A stretch of DNA of 64,000 bases from an uncultured delta proteobacterium. GTDB taxonomy: Bacteria > Myxococcota_A > Polyangia > Fen-1088. Shown here piece by piece: positions 31,733 to 41,123 of this stretch. The notes beneath the pieces were generated by a model that did no database searches, had not been told where the DNA came from, and saw only the letters and a program-made list of their open reading frames with translations. The stretch lies in the NCBI GenBank assembly GCA_963755125.1, contig CAVWIP010000017.1, positions 1-64,000 of the forward strand, given 5' to 3'. Each line of letters begins with the position of its first letter. Position 1 is the first letter of the stretch. The translations under genes were made by a program, and so were the position numbers.

Positions 31733-32520
31733 CTTCCCTGGCCCAGTGGGAGCCGGACGCCCTGTTCCGGCACCTCGACGCGGACGAAACGGCAAGGACC
31801 ACGGTGAACAACTCCGAGATCGAACTTCTCCAGTCTTCGCCGTGCGATGCTGACCAGGAACTGGTAGGAGACCGGCTGGTCGAAGAACAGCAGCAGGTGC
31901 ACCCCACCGCTCGATGACGAGCGAATCGGGAGAGCCTCGGGGAAGGCGGCCATCGCCAGCTTGAGCGTCTCCTCGAAATTGACTCGCTGTAGGTCACCGT
32001 GTCGATCTAAGTCAAGCGTCAGGACCTGGGTGCTTTCCAGGCCGAAGCTCGACAGGGGCATCTCGCCCGTGAGATGCATCGCGATGAGATTGTCATTGGG
32101 CCGCTTGTTGGGCGTGGTCTGCCAGTACCGGCGATGCCGGCGCTTGGATTTTCCGCGCATAGACTCGGGCGACTGGAGAGCCCGGTATCCGGTGGAACCT
32201 TCAAGAAAGAGTCGGCGTATATCCGCAATGGCTGTCTGCTGCGCCCAGCCCCGGGGAAAACCCACAGCTTCAAATCGTAGGTGGACCTTTTCCAGCCAGT
32301 CCACCTCTGCGTCCGGGTCCAGGCCGTGGTCCTGAAGAATCTTGGCAAGCAAGATCTGAGCAGGCGTGCGTCCCATGAACTGTTGGGCGAATGGCCTGAC
32401 CAAGTCCACAAGGCTGCGACTGACCAGCGGGTTGCCGCCGGTGGCGATTTCCACCGCGCGCGCGATGGCCGTGATGTTCTTGGCAAGCGGTGACTCGGGC
32501 GGAATGTAGAGCGGGTCCGC
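31650..32520 (-). pseudogene. Archaeo-eukaryotic primase (AEP/PrimPol)-like domain, 3' part of the split UDG-AEP gene
   Basis: IAMHLTGE, LTLDLD (motif I), RSSSSGGVHL (motif II) and VRLPLG. Confidence 0.7.
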
Positions 32521-32827
32521 AGCTGCGCTCAGGTCAAACGATCCGGTCCAGATTGAGCTTGAAGCTAGATTCAAGGCGCGGCGTATCGTGTACGAACGCC
32601 AGGAAGGCGCGTTCGACAATCTTTGGAGAACGAACCCGCAGGCGCTTGAGGACGAGTACGAGAACACTCGCGGGGCCTGGGTGGACATCTCTGAACTTGC
32701 CCGGGCCATCGCAGCTGCCGCAGGTGAGGTCAGGATGGCACTGTACGGTAACGATATCTTTGAGAGTGACGCTGCCTACGAACGATGTTTTGACGATGGA
32801 GTTGACCCGATTTGGTGGACGGTTTCG

Positions 32828-33712
32828 TTACGCAGCTTTCTTACCAGCTTTCTTCACTGAGTGCATCAGCTCAAATTCGATTGGGCTGTTGTAATTGAGC
32901 GCCGAATGACGGCGGCAAGGATTGTAGAAGCCTTCGATGTACTCGCCAATCGAGAGGTTAGCTGCCTCCCAGCTTTCGAGATCGTCGATGTCTTCCAACT
33001 CGCGCTTGAGGGTCGCGAAGAAACTCTCGGCCACGGCATTATCCCAGCAGTCTCCCTTCCGGCTCATGCTGCATTCTATGCTTCCGGCTTCCAAGGCTTT
33101 GCGGTAGTCGTCGCTCGCGTACGTGCTGCCTCGATCTGAGTGGTGAACCAGGCCGCTGCCGGGCTGGCGTTGGCACAAGGCCATGGCCAGTGCCGCGAGC
33201 GCGAGGTGGCGATCGACATTCCGACTGGTCGCCCAGCCGACAACCCGCCTGGAAAACAGGTCGAGAATCACCGCGAGGTACAGCCAGCCTTGCTGCGTCC
33301 ACAGAAACGTGATGTCAGTGACCCACGACTGGTTTGGACGAAGCGCGGTGAAGTTGCGCTCCAGCACATTCGGCGCGATGGGGAAGCTGTGCTTCGAGTC
33401 GGTGGTCGTGCGAAAACGATGACGACAGCGCGCCACCAGCTTGTTTTCGCGCATCAGCCTGGCCACCCGCTTGCAACCCACCCGATCCCCGGAAGCTTTG
33501 AGGTCGGCATGAACACGGGGACTGCCGTATCGTCGCCGGCTCCCGTGATGAATCGCGGCTATCCGCTCGGACAGATCCTGGTCACGGCGTGCGTGCAACG
33601 AGGCGGGCCGTCCCTGGCTGGCGTAGTAGCCACTGGGCGAAACGGCCAAGACACGGCAGAGGACCGCGACGGGGAAGGCCACCTTCTCCTCGGAGATGAA
33701 CGCAAACCTCAC
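32828..33712 (-). CDS. IS3 transposase OrfB (DDE)
   Basis: WVTDIT, HHSDRGS, CWDNAVAESFF. Confidence 0.95.
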   Translation of the reverse strand: MRFAFISEEKVAFPVAVLCRVLAVSPSGYYASQGRPASLHARRDQDLSERIAAIHHGSRRRYGSPRVHADLKASGDRVGCKRVARLMRENKLVARCRHRFRTTTDSKHSFPIAPNVLERNFTALRPNQSWVTDITFLWTQQGWLYLAVILDLFSRRVVGWATSRNVDRHLALAALAMALCQRQPGSGLVHHSDRGSTYASDDYRKALEAGSIECSMSRKGDCWDNAVAESFFATLKRELEDIDDLESWEAANLSIGEYIEGFYNPCRRHSALNYNSPIEFELMHSVKKAGKKAA

Positions 33713-34014
33713 GCGCTCTCCTTGGCGAAGAAGGTGGCCGCCCTTTTTAAAATCTCACGCTCCATGCGGAGGACTTTCACCTCGCGACGCAGATGCGAAA
33801 GTTCTTCCTTCTCGGCGGTCGTCAGGGCGCCAGCAGGGCCCTTGCCCTCGTCTACCCTCGACTGCCGATCCCACTGGTACACCAGGCTGCTTGCCACCCT
33901 GAAGTCCTTTGCTACCTGCGCGACGCTGCGTCCTGCACGGACGAGCGCCACCAAGTCTGCCTTGAACTCGCGCGTGTGCATGCGCCGGGATCGCTTCTTC
34001 TCTTTGTCCAACAT
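33709..34014 (-). CDS. IS3 transposase OrfA (HTH)
   Basis: REFKADLVALV...SVAQVAKD...LRMEREILKRA. Confidence 0.93.
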   Translation of the reverse strand: MLDKEKKRSRRMHTREFKADLVALVRAGRSVAQVAKDFRVASSLVYQWDRQSRVDEGKGPAGALTTAEKEELSHLRREVKVLRMEREILKRAATFFAKESA

Positions 34015-34730
34015 GTGGTCACCTTTCTACGCCCATTTTCCTGAGCGAGGGTGTCCACCAAACCGGGTCAAGTCCACGAGAAGAAGCGGTTGTCCTCGAT
34101 TGTCCTCCTCACGCTCCTCCAGAACCTTCATGATGTGATGGCCCTTGTCCTCAAGAAGGATCTCAACCTGGTTCCCAAAGAGGGCGCGCCCAAGCCCGCT
34201 CGGCTGATGTACCACGCCATATGCCTACTGACTCGCTATCTCGCGAAAGAGGACATGCGCGACTTCGTCGCGCTCTGGGGGGCACAGCTTCACTACAAGG
34301 ACAAGGACTTCCGGGAGGAGGTTCGCCGGATCCTGAACTCGACCAAGAGTGGGATTCGCGCCGAATTGTCTCGGCAATTCATGTCGCTTGAGTCTGGGAG
34401 CGCGGAGCAGCTCAACGAGGCTTTTGATCGATGCAAAGCCGCTTTGAAACTCAAGGACGGCATCGATCCCTTCGAGACCTTCAAGGACCTAGATGAACAG
34501 GTGCCGGTGTTAGGGGAAGCTGATGATTGACTGAGGGGATCCCCGCATTTGGGAGTAGCAAGTGTTGATATTGTTGGGTCAGGGACCGGCGCGGTGGTGT
34601 GCAGGAGGTTGATGTTCTTGCCACCATCCACCGAGGCCCGCTGTTTTTCCGACGGTCGCTTCCAGGTATACTACCCCGCGTGGTTGATTGAGTGCCCATG
34701 GTTCCTGTCTCACGTGCAATCGGAGGCACC

Positions 34731-35858
34731 ATGTTGAAGGGTGTGTGTTCTGTCTTCGTGAAGCTGGCCATGGTGTTCGTGTTGGTATTCACCATCGGTG
34801 CAACCGGGTGCAGCGGTGGTAGCGGTGGCAGAGGAACGGATGCCGGCGGCGATGCGACTGGTGCTGCGACGCTGGAAGGGGTCTTCGTGCCGACGGGCAG
34901 CCTGACCGTGGCTAGGTTCGGCCAGACGGCGACGCTGTTGGGCAACGGGATGGTGCTCATTGCTGGCGGGGCTGGTTCGAGCGCGGAGCTGTACAACCCA
35001 AACGCCAGAACGTTCACCCCCACCAGCAGTATGACAACGGCAAGACAGAGCCATACGGCGACGTTGTTGCCGAACGGGATGGTGCTCATCGCTGGCGGAG
35101 ATGAACTCGCCAGCACCGAGCTATACGACCCAAACGCCCAGACTTTCACCGCCACCGGCAACATGACCGTGGCGAGACAGGGGCACACAGCCACGCTGTT
35201 GCCGAACGGAATGGTCCTCATCGCTGGCGGAGACGAACTTGGCAGCACCGAGCTATACGACCCCAATGCCGGGACTTTCACCGCCGCCGGGAACATGGCC
35301 GAATCCATGCATACGGCAACGTTGTTGCCCGATGGGGAAGTGCTCATCGCCAGCAGCTACGCTGGCGGCGTGAATGCCGAGTTGTACGACCCAGTGGCCG
35401 GGACATTCACGGCCACAGGTAGCCTGTCGACGGCGAGGGAAGGCCACACGGCATGTTTGCTGCCTAACGGCAAAGTGCTCATCGCCGGCGGACGGAATTA
35501 CGATAACAGCGGCTCGCTGCAGTTCCTTGCGAGCGCGGAGCTATACGACCTGACAGTCGGGGCATTTGCGCCAACCGGCACGATGTCTGTACCAAGGCAG
35601 TACCACACGGCGACGTTGCTGACGAGCGGGAAGGTGCTCATCGCCGGCGGACTCAGTGACGGCGGGGATCTCGCAAGCGCGGAGCTATACGACCCAGAGG
35701 CTGGGGCATTTGGAGCAACCGGCAGCATGTCCGTAGCAGGGGCATGGCACACAGCGACGTTGTTGACGAGCGGGAAGGTGCTCATCGCCGGCGGCGGCTT
35801 TGCCGATTACGAGACTCTCTTGCTCACGCCCCTCGCAAGCGCGGAGCTGTACGAATAG
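34731..35858 (+). CDS. Kelch-repeat beta-propeller lipoprotein 1
   Basis: Lipobox ATGC and repeated R..HTATLL.NG.VLIAGG...AELYDP. Confidence 0.9.
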   Translation: MLKGVCSVFVKLAMVFVLVFTIGATGCSGGSGGRGTDAGGDATGAATLEGVFVPTGSLTVARFGQTATLLGNGMVLIAGGAGSSAELYNPNARTFTPTSSMTTARQSHTATLLPNGMVLIAGGDELASTELYDPNAQTFTATGNMTVARQGHTATLLPNGMVLIAGGDELGSTELYDPNAGTFTAAGNMAESMHTATLLPDGEVLIASSYAGGVNAELYDPVAGTFTATGSLSTAREGHTACLLPNGKVLIAGGRNYDNSGSLQFLASAELYDLTVGAFAPTGTMSVPRQYHTATLLTSGKVLIAGGLSDGGDLASAELYDPEAGAFGATGSMSVAGAWHTATLLTSGKVLIAGGGFADYETLLLTPLASAELYE

Positions 35859-35898
35859 CGGCGACAGTCGGTGCCAACGGAAGAGCTACAGCTACGTC

Positions 35899-36024
35899 AG
35901 GGAAGGACAATCGGGCACTCTTCGTTTGGTACCGAGTAAGCTACAGATACTGGGTCCCCTTTCCCCAAACGTACCCACGGTTATCCATGCACCGGGGGGG
36001 TATGTCAACGGCGGCGGGAAAAAT
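35899..36024. repeat. Conserved non-coding motif, copy A (partial)
   Basis: TAAGCTA..GGGTCCCCTT..ATCCATGCACCGGGGG..GAAAAAT, shared with the copies at 40083 and 43554. Confidence 0.75.
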
Positions 36025-36275
36025 GCGAGCTACTTGATCCAGAACACACGTGACGCATGATTTCCGGCCAAGTTGAACATAATTCGGTGCGCTGCAGATC
36101 GTGGTGTCGGTGGTCTGGCCATGTGAGCGGGAACACCTGGGACAGGTGGCAAGAGCAGCCTTCGATACAGCCGGGAATGGTAAGGGACCACATCACACAC
36201 ATCGTCGCCAGAGCTTGCGAGAAACGGCGTGCGGAGGGAAGCTAGGGCCGGATAAAAAGTTCGAAAGGGCTGAGG

Positions 36276-36797
36276 GTGATCCCCATTCACATAAGCGGTA
36301 CACAGCCCGAAGTTCATGCCTCGACGATTGCAGTCGTGCCCGAAGGGGCAACCACGCCGCGCAAGCTTACGGAGCCGCTGACAAACCCCAAGGGCAGCAT
36401 CGTGTTTCAGCCACGAGACTGCTATTTTCGCGCCTGTGATCCCTCTGATGCAAATGGTTGGGTCCTCTCGATATATGTCTTCCCCATTCGAAAGGTGCCG
36501 CCATGCCAATACGTGGATGGTGAATGCGTCTGTGATGTGGCGATCGATCACTTGAACGGACCGCTTGCTTGCGTCATGCGTCTCAAGGTGGTCAGGCTGC
36601 AGAACGAGAATGTCTTTCTTGGGCTGGCGATGAATCGGGCAGTCCTGTCATTTCCGAGCAGCTCCGGCTGGATGATTAATGGGCCGGGTGACTATACCGC
36701 TGCCAAGAAGGGCCATGTTCTGATGGCATGCTACCCTCGCAATTCCATTCCTGTCGTCGGCCGACCATCTCTCGATCGAAGCATAACCAAGGGGTGA
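36276..36797 (+). CDS. Hypothetical protein, possibly with a degraded 5' end
   Basis: Protein-like low-GC ORF with no clear RBS. Confidence 0.4.
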   Translation: MIPIHISGTQPEVHASTIAVVPEGATTPRKLTEPLTNPKGSIVFQPRDCYFRACDPSDANGWVLSIYVFPIRKVPPCQYVDGECVCDVAIDHLNGPLACVMRLKVVRLQNENVFLGLAMNRAVLSFPSSSGWMINGPGDYTAAKKGHVLMACYPRNSIPVVGRPSLDRSITKG

Positions 36798-36918
36798 ACC
36801 CATTGCAGCAGACGGGCTTGCCGCAGGGAAACCGGTGTAGAGTTGCACCGTTCCGAGCACGCCTTGGCCTCCCAACCTGTGGTGACCGGGTGGCACCTAC
36901 GAAACTCTGGAGCGCAGG

Positions 36919-38067
36919 ATGAACGAAGATGGCAGAATTCGACGACTACGGCCGGAGGCACTGCACTTTTTTGATGCGAATTTCCTCATTCTTCCAGCGG
37001 CTGACCTTCCCACGCTGAAGAATGTTCCACTCCAATCTCGTTGGATCACAGAAACCGTTCTCCAGGAGGTCCTGGAGCGGCTCGGCCCAGGAGCACAGGA
37101 GGCAGTCGACGCGGAATTTCATACACTGGGATTCCATGACCTGTATGCCAAGGACCCCCGAGTGTGCCCCGTGTTTTACTGGTATGTCCTCGCGATGTAC
37201 AATCCTGCCACTGTAGGCAGTGATAGTTTCGTCGATGACCTATTCGAGTCGATGCTAATCAAGAACACCGTGACGCAGGCGGATCGCGACCAGTATCAGG
37301 AGTTTCGCCGCCAAATAGCCAATAGTCAATCCCGCAATCCCAATGGCGACCCAGTTCTCCAGGGCCTTGAGCGCATGGCAGCACGAATGCGGAAGAAGGC
37401 AAGGCGCTCATTGCAAGACAAGCATCCGGCATATCTGCGCGACATCAAGAGTCTCGGCCTGATCCTGTACCACGCTCTGTCTTCAAGGCAAAATATCGTC
37501 TACCACACGTCCGATGGCGACCCGGTGATATTGCTTCTCAAGTGGCTCGATTCGATGGCCACGTGGACGACCCTGACCCACGCTGTGCTTTCCAGGTTGA
37601 CCGCCTTGGACAAACAGCTCATCTTGCGAGGTGGTTCAGTCGACGTTGTCCTTGATTTCGCGGAATTCGTCCGCGAGAAGTCTCGGCTATTCTTCGGTTT
37701 CCTCAATGACCGACACAAGACCAAAGCTTGCCGTTTCACGATCAAGCACTGGAATCAGGCGGAGCGGAAACTCGATGAGGACGTGTATGTGTGGTTCGAT
37801 GATCGGGTTGCCGCCGGCCTAGCGAACTCACACGGCACACTATCGTGCCCATGGACCATCAACGCTGAACTCGGCAACTGGCTTCAGATACACTACGATT
37901 GGCCTCCAGATGAGGCGCACCAAGGCCAACTATGCGTGCACGTCAAGCGGAAGCGAATCATTAACCGCACATCGACTTCTATCACGCCTTCGGAACATGA
38001 CCGGTTGTGCGCCTATCGGCAGGATGACGTAAACGGCAGGATTCACCACTGGTCGCAGTTCCTTTAG
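36919..38067 (+). CDS. PIN-domain-like protein
   Basis: FFDANFL, ITETVLQE, RDIKSL and HTSDGD follow the PIN acidic-residue pattern. Confidence 0.6.
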   Translation: MNEDGRIRRLRPEALHFFDANFLILPAADLPTLKNVPLQSRWITETVLQEVLERLGPGAQEAVDAEFHTLGFHDLYAKDPRVCPVFYWYVLAMYNPATVGSDSFVDDLFESMLIKNTVTQADRDQYQEFRRQIANSQSRNPNGDPVLQGLERMAARMRKKARRSLQDKHPAYLRDIKSLGLILYHALSSRQNIVYHTSDGDPVILLLKWLDSMATWTTLTHAVLSRLTALDKQLILRGGSVDVVLDFAEFVREKSRLFFGFLNDRHKTKACRFTIKHWNQAERKLDEDVYVWFDDRVAAGLANSHGTLSCPWTINAELGNWLQIHYDWPPDEAHQGQLCVHVKRKRIINRTSTSITPSEHDRLCAYRQDDVNGRIHHWSQFL

Positions 38068-38877
38068 GCTGGAGTGATTGGCTTGTGTGCGCGTGATGAG
38101 GCCGACCGCAAGAGAGAAGCGAAGTGGTGGTTCATGCGCCGGCTCCCTGGACAAGTGCTGCCTCGGGACTCCCGGTAGCACGAGTCGTCCATGATCGGCG
38201 GCGGAAAAACACAAGACAGCGAATCCCATATCCAGCAACTCCATGTCCCTGGTGCTGCAGATCTTGATCTCCACCACCCAGACCAACTGCCACCTCGTTT
38301 GTCGGGGATGGATGACGGCACATGCTCCTCCACGTTCTCTGCCGACAGCACCTGCTGAAGCATCATTTCGCGGCGGGGACAAAGATCAAGCGTGGCATCA
38401 GCCACTACGATCTTTGTGCTCGACCAATCTGCCGTTCGATCTGACCAGACCCGGCTCTTGATGACCTGAACATGGGTTCTGCTCTTGTAACGCAGCAAGC
38501 GACTGGCTCTTGTACGCGGGGAAGAGAAGATGAATAATTTCCAGCAGATACGGCTACCCCTCCCGCAGATTTCAGGTCTCGCCTTATATAAGATAAGGCG
38601 ACAGTCGGAAAGTGCGGGAGCCCTGTAGTCCCCTTCTCCCGCGTACAAAGCCAGACCACCTGGGTCCCGCCCTCTAAGTCCGACAAGAACGGCGGAGAGG
38701 GAGGAGGAATATGATCATGCGATGCCGTCACGGCCAGTTGATCCCAGGAGGGCGATGTTCCTGACCTGACCCCCATGGTCATCCACCTGTTTTCTCTCCG
38801 GCTGTTTCCAGATACACTACCCCAGGATGGGTGATAGAGCATCCAGGGTTCCTGTCTCACGTTCAATCGGAGGCACC

Positions 38878-40041
38878 ATGTTGAAGGGTGTGTATTCTGT
38901 GCTTGTGAAGTTGATCGTGGTGTCCGTGTTGGTATTCACCATCGGTGCAACCGGGTGCAGCGGTGGTAGCGGTGGCAGAGGAACGGATGCCGGCGGCGAT
39001 GCGACTGGTGCTGCGACGCTGGAAGGGGTCTTCGTGCCGACGGGCAGCCTGACCGTGGCGAGAGGGAGCCACACGGCGACGTTGCTACAGAATGGAACAG
39101 TTCTCATCGCCGGCGGAGCCTACGATTTTGAGGGCCTTCCGGAAGGTGAGATGAGCGCGGAGGTATACGACCCAGGGACAGGGACATTCACCGCCACTGG
39201 CAGCATGACCGTGGCAAGGTGGCAGCATACGGCAACCTTGTTGGGCAATGGGGAGGTGCTAATTGCCGGCGGACTTGGCGCTAGCCCAGATAGCGCGGAG
39301 CTGTACGACCCGAGCCTCGGCACGTTTACATCCGCGGGCCGGATGACCGTGGCAAGATATGGCCACACGGCGACGTTGATGGGGAACGGGGAGGTTCTGA
39401 TCAGCGGTGGACAGTCTGTTGCGGGTGGCAACTACCTCTCTAGCGCGGAGCTATATGATCCGGTGGCTGGGGTATTTACTCTGACGGGGGCGATGACCGT
39501 AGAACGGTATGGTCACACGGCTGCGCGGCTGACCGATGGCAAGGTGCTCATCGCGGGCGGGTACGATAACAGTGGAGCCCCCCTCGCCAGCGCAGAACTA
39601 TATGGCCCTAGCACTGGAGCATTTTCAATAACCGACAGCATGATTTCGGCGAGGGCGTACCAAACGGCTACGGTGTTGGGCAATGGGGATGTGCTTATCG
39701 CTGGCGGAACCGATGGAACCGACACCAATTGGAATGCCATCGCGAATGCGGAACTGTACAACCCGGCGGCCGGCACATTTACCACGACAGGCGGTCTAAC
39801 CGTAGCACGGGGCATGCACACAGCGACATCGTTGCTCCTGGGGACGGTACTCATCGCCGGCGGATACGACGGCACCAGTGGACTTGCGAGTGCTGAGCTA
39901 TATGACCCAGCGTTCGGGACATTCACGGTTACCGGCAATATGACTGTGGCAAGGACGGAGCACACGGCGACGTTGCTGGGTAACGGGAAGGTTCTCGTCG
40001 CAGGCGGAAGCGGCGATACCAGTGCGGAACTATACGAATAA
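38878..40041 (+). CDS. Kelch-repeat beta-propeller lipoprotein 2
   Basis: Same repeats as lipoprotein 1; the 5' region is nearly identical to 34699-34911. Confidence 0.9.
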   Translation: MLKGVYSVLVKLIVVSVLVFTIGATGCSGGSGGRGTDAGGDATGAATLEGVFVPTGSLTVARGSHTATLLQNGTVLIAGGAYDFEGLPEGEMSAEVYDPGTGTFTATGSMTVARWQHTATLLGNGEVLIAGGLGASPDSAELYDPSLGTFTSAGRMTVARYGHTATLMGNGEVLISGGQSVAGGNYLSSAELYDPVAGVFTLTGAMTVERYGHTAARLTDGKVLIAGGYDNSGAPLASAELYGPSTGAFSITDSMISARAYQTATVLGNGDVLIAGGTDGTDTNWNAIANAELYNPAAGTFTTTGGLTVARGMHTATSLLLGTVLIAGGYDGTSGLASAELYDPAFGTFTVTGNMTVARTEHTATLLGNGKVLVAGGSGDTSAELYE

Positions 40042-40082
40042 ACCCCGACAGCCAGCGACAGCCGAAGAGTCATAGCCCCATT

Positions 40083-40266
40083 AGGGAGGGACAATCGGGC
40101 ATTCTTCGCTTGGTGCTCAGTAAGCTATCGAAACCGGGTCCCCTTTGATTCGCGCACCCACCATCATCCATGCACCGGGGGCTCCGATATGTCGGCGGCT
40201 GAAAAATTCCGGGGCAAAAATTCAAGCCGGCTATCCAGCTTGAACCTGGAGACACGAACGTCTCCA
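40083..40266. repeat. Conserved non-coding motif, copy B
   Basis: Includes the hairpins TTCAAGC..GCTTGAA and GGAGAC..GTCTCC. Confidence 0.75.
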
Positions 40267-40278
40267 TCTCCCCTTTGA

Positions 40279-40890
40279 TCAGTTTCGCACTCGCTGGCGG
40301 GAGACAGGAATCTCAAGCTGTGCTCGTTCTGCCAGTTCATGCCCCAGCCGACGGCAACGAGACCAGGCTCGCTCGGTTCTGATACCCAGCCGTCTTGCAA
40401 TGCTCTTCAACCTGTGACCAGCCATTTTCATGGACAGCAGAGTTTGATCATCCTCAGGCAAGCTGGCAATCCAGGCTTCCAGGTCGATGGCTGATACGAT
40501 CTTCCTGACCGGATTCGCAGCCAGAGATTCCGCCAGCCCCAGCAACCTGCACTCTTCTTTCTCCTGGAGAATTTGATCGAGCCTGAGAACCTCCACCTTG
40601 CCCTCGATGTAGTTGCGCAAGTCCATCACACAGCCTTTTCGAGCTTTGCCACCAGCGGGAACAATCTGACGGCTCAAATCCTCAGCACGAAGCCGGGCAG
40701 CAAGAACAAGAATAGCATCATCCGGAATCTCCCCCCTCTCTGCATGCCGACGGTACTGTTGATACACGAGAGCAAGTGCATCTTGGGTTCTGTCTTCCGC
40801 CATGTCGGCATGAAGCCGGCGGGTGATAGGCTTGAACATGCCACTGCGGATTTTCTGGTCAAAGCACGAACGGATTGTCTCGATATTCAT
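40279..40890 (-). CDS. ECF-like sigma factor or sigma4-HTH protein
   Basis: AEDRTQDALAL (region 2-like) and LEAWIASLPEDDQTLL..G..LKSIARRLGI (region 4). GGAGG RBS. Confidence 0.65.
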   Translation of the reverse strand: MNIETIRSCFDQKIRSGMFKPITRRLHADMAEDRTQDALALVYQQYRRHAERGEIPDDAILVLAARLRAEDLSRQIVPAGGKARKGCVMDLRNYIEGKVEVLRLDQILQEKEECRLLGLAESLAANPVRKIVSAIDLEAWIASLPEDDQTLLSMKMAGHRLKSIARRLGIRTERAWSRCRRLGHELAERAQLEIPVSRQRVRN

Positions 40891-41123
40891 GGTCAGGACC
40901 TCCGTAGGCGTGCACACACGGAGGGCCTTGTGGTCCACGTGGCGCACAGTTGCGCCAGTGGGCGCGTGGGGTAACAGTGTCAGTCAGGCCAACACTGTGG
41001 ATTACGGTGCAAATGCACCGTTGAGGGCTGAAGAGCCGCTCCTCACTATACTTATACCCGAATTGCGGGTGGGATTTTCAGGGGGGATTGCTTTGGTCCA
41101 ACGCCAATCCCTCGGCACCAATT

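Larger units (their letters stand above)
32797..34076 (-). mobile_element. IS3-family insertion sequence, copy 1 (1280 bp, 3-bp TSD CGA)
   Basis: Terminal IRs TGGASTTGACCCGRTTTGGTGGAC with TG..CA ends; orfA and orfB present. Confidence 0.95.
32515..34530 (+). pseudogene. AIPR 3' half, interrupted by IS3
   Basis: SAAALRSNDPVQIELEARF...YERQEGAF continues the AIPR sequence. Removing the IS and one CGA copy restores CFDEKKRLSS in frame to the stop at 34530. Confidence 0.8.

Noticed and set aside
31453..32709. ORF-track 418-aa protein as a real single gene
   Set aside because: Its first 63 aa are antisense AIPR and its last ~65 aa are antisense lipoprotein; only the middle is genuine.
34731..40041. 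Diversity-generating retroelement acting on the Kelch genes
   Set aside because: No RT, and the differences include indels and are not adenine-restricted.
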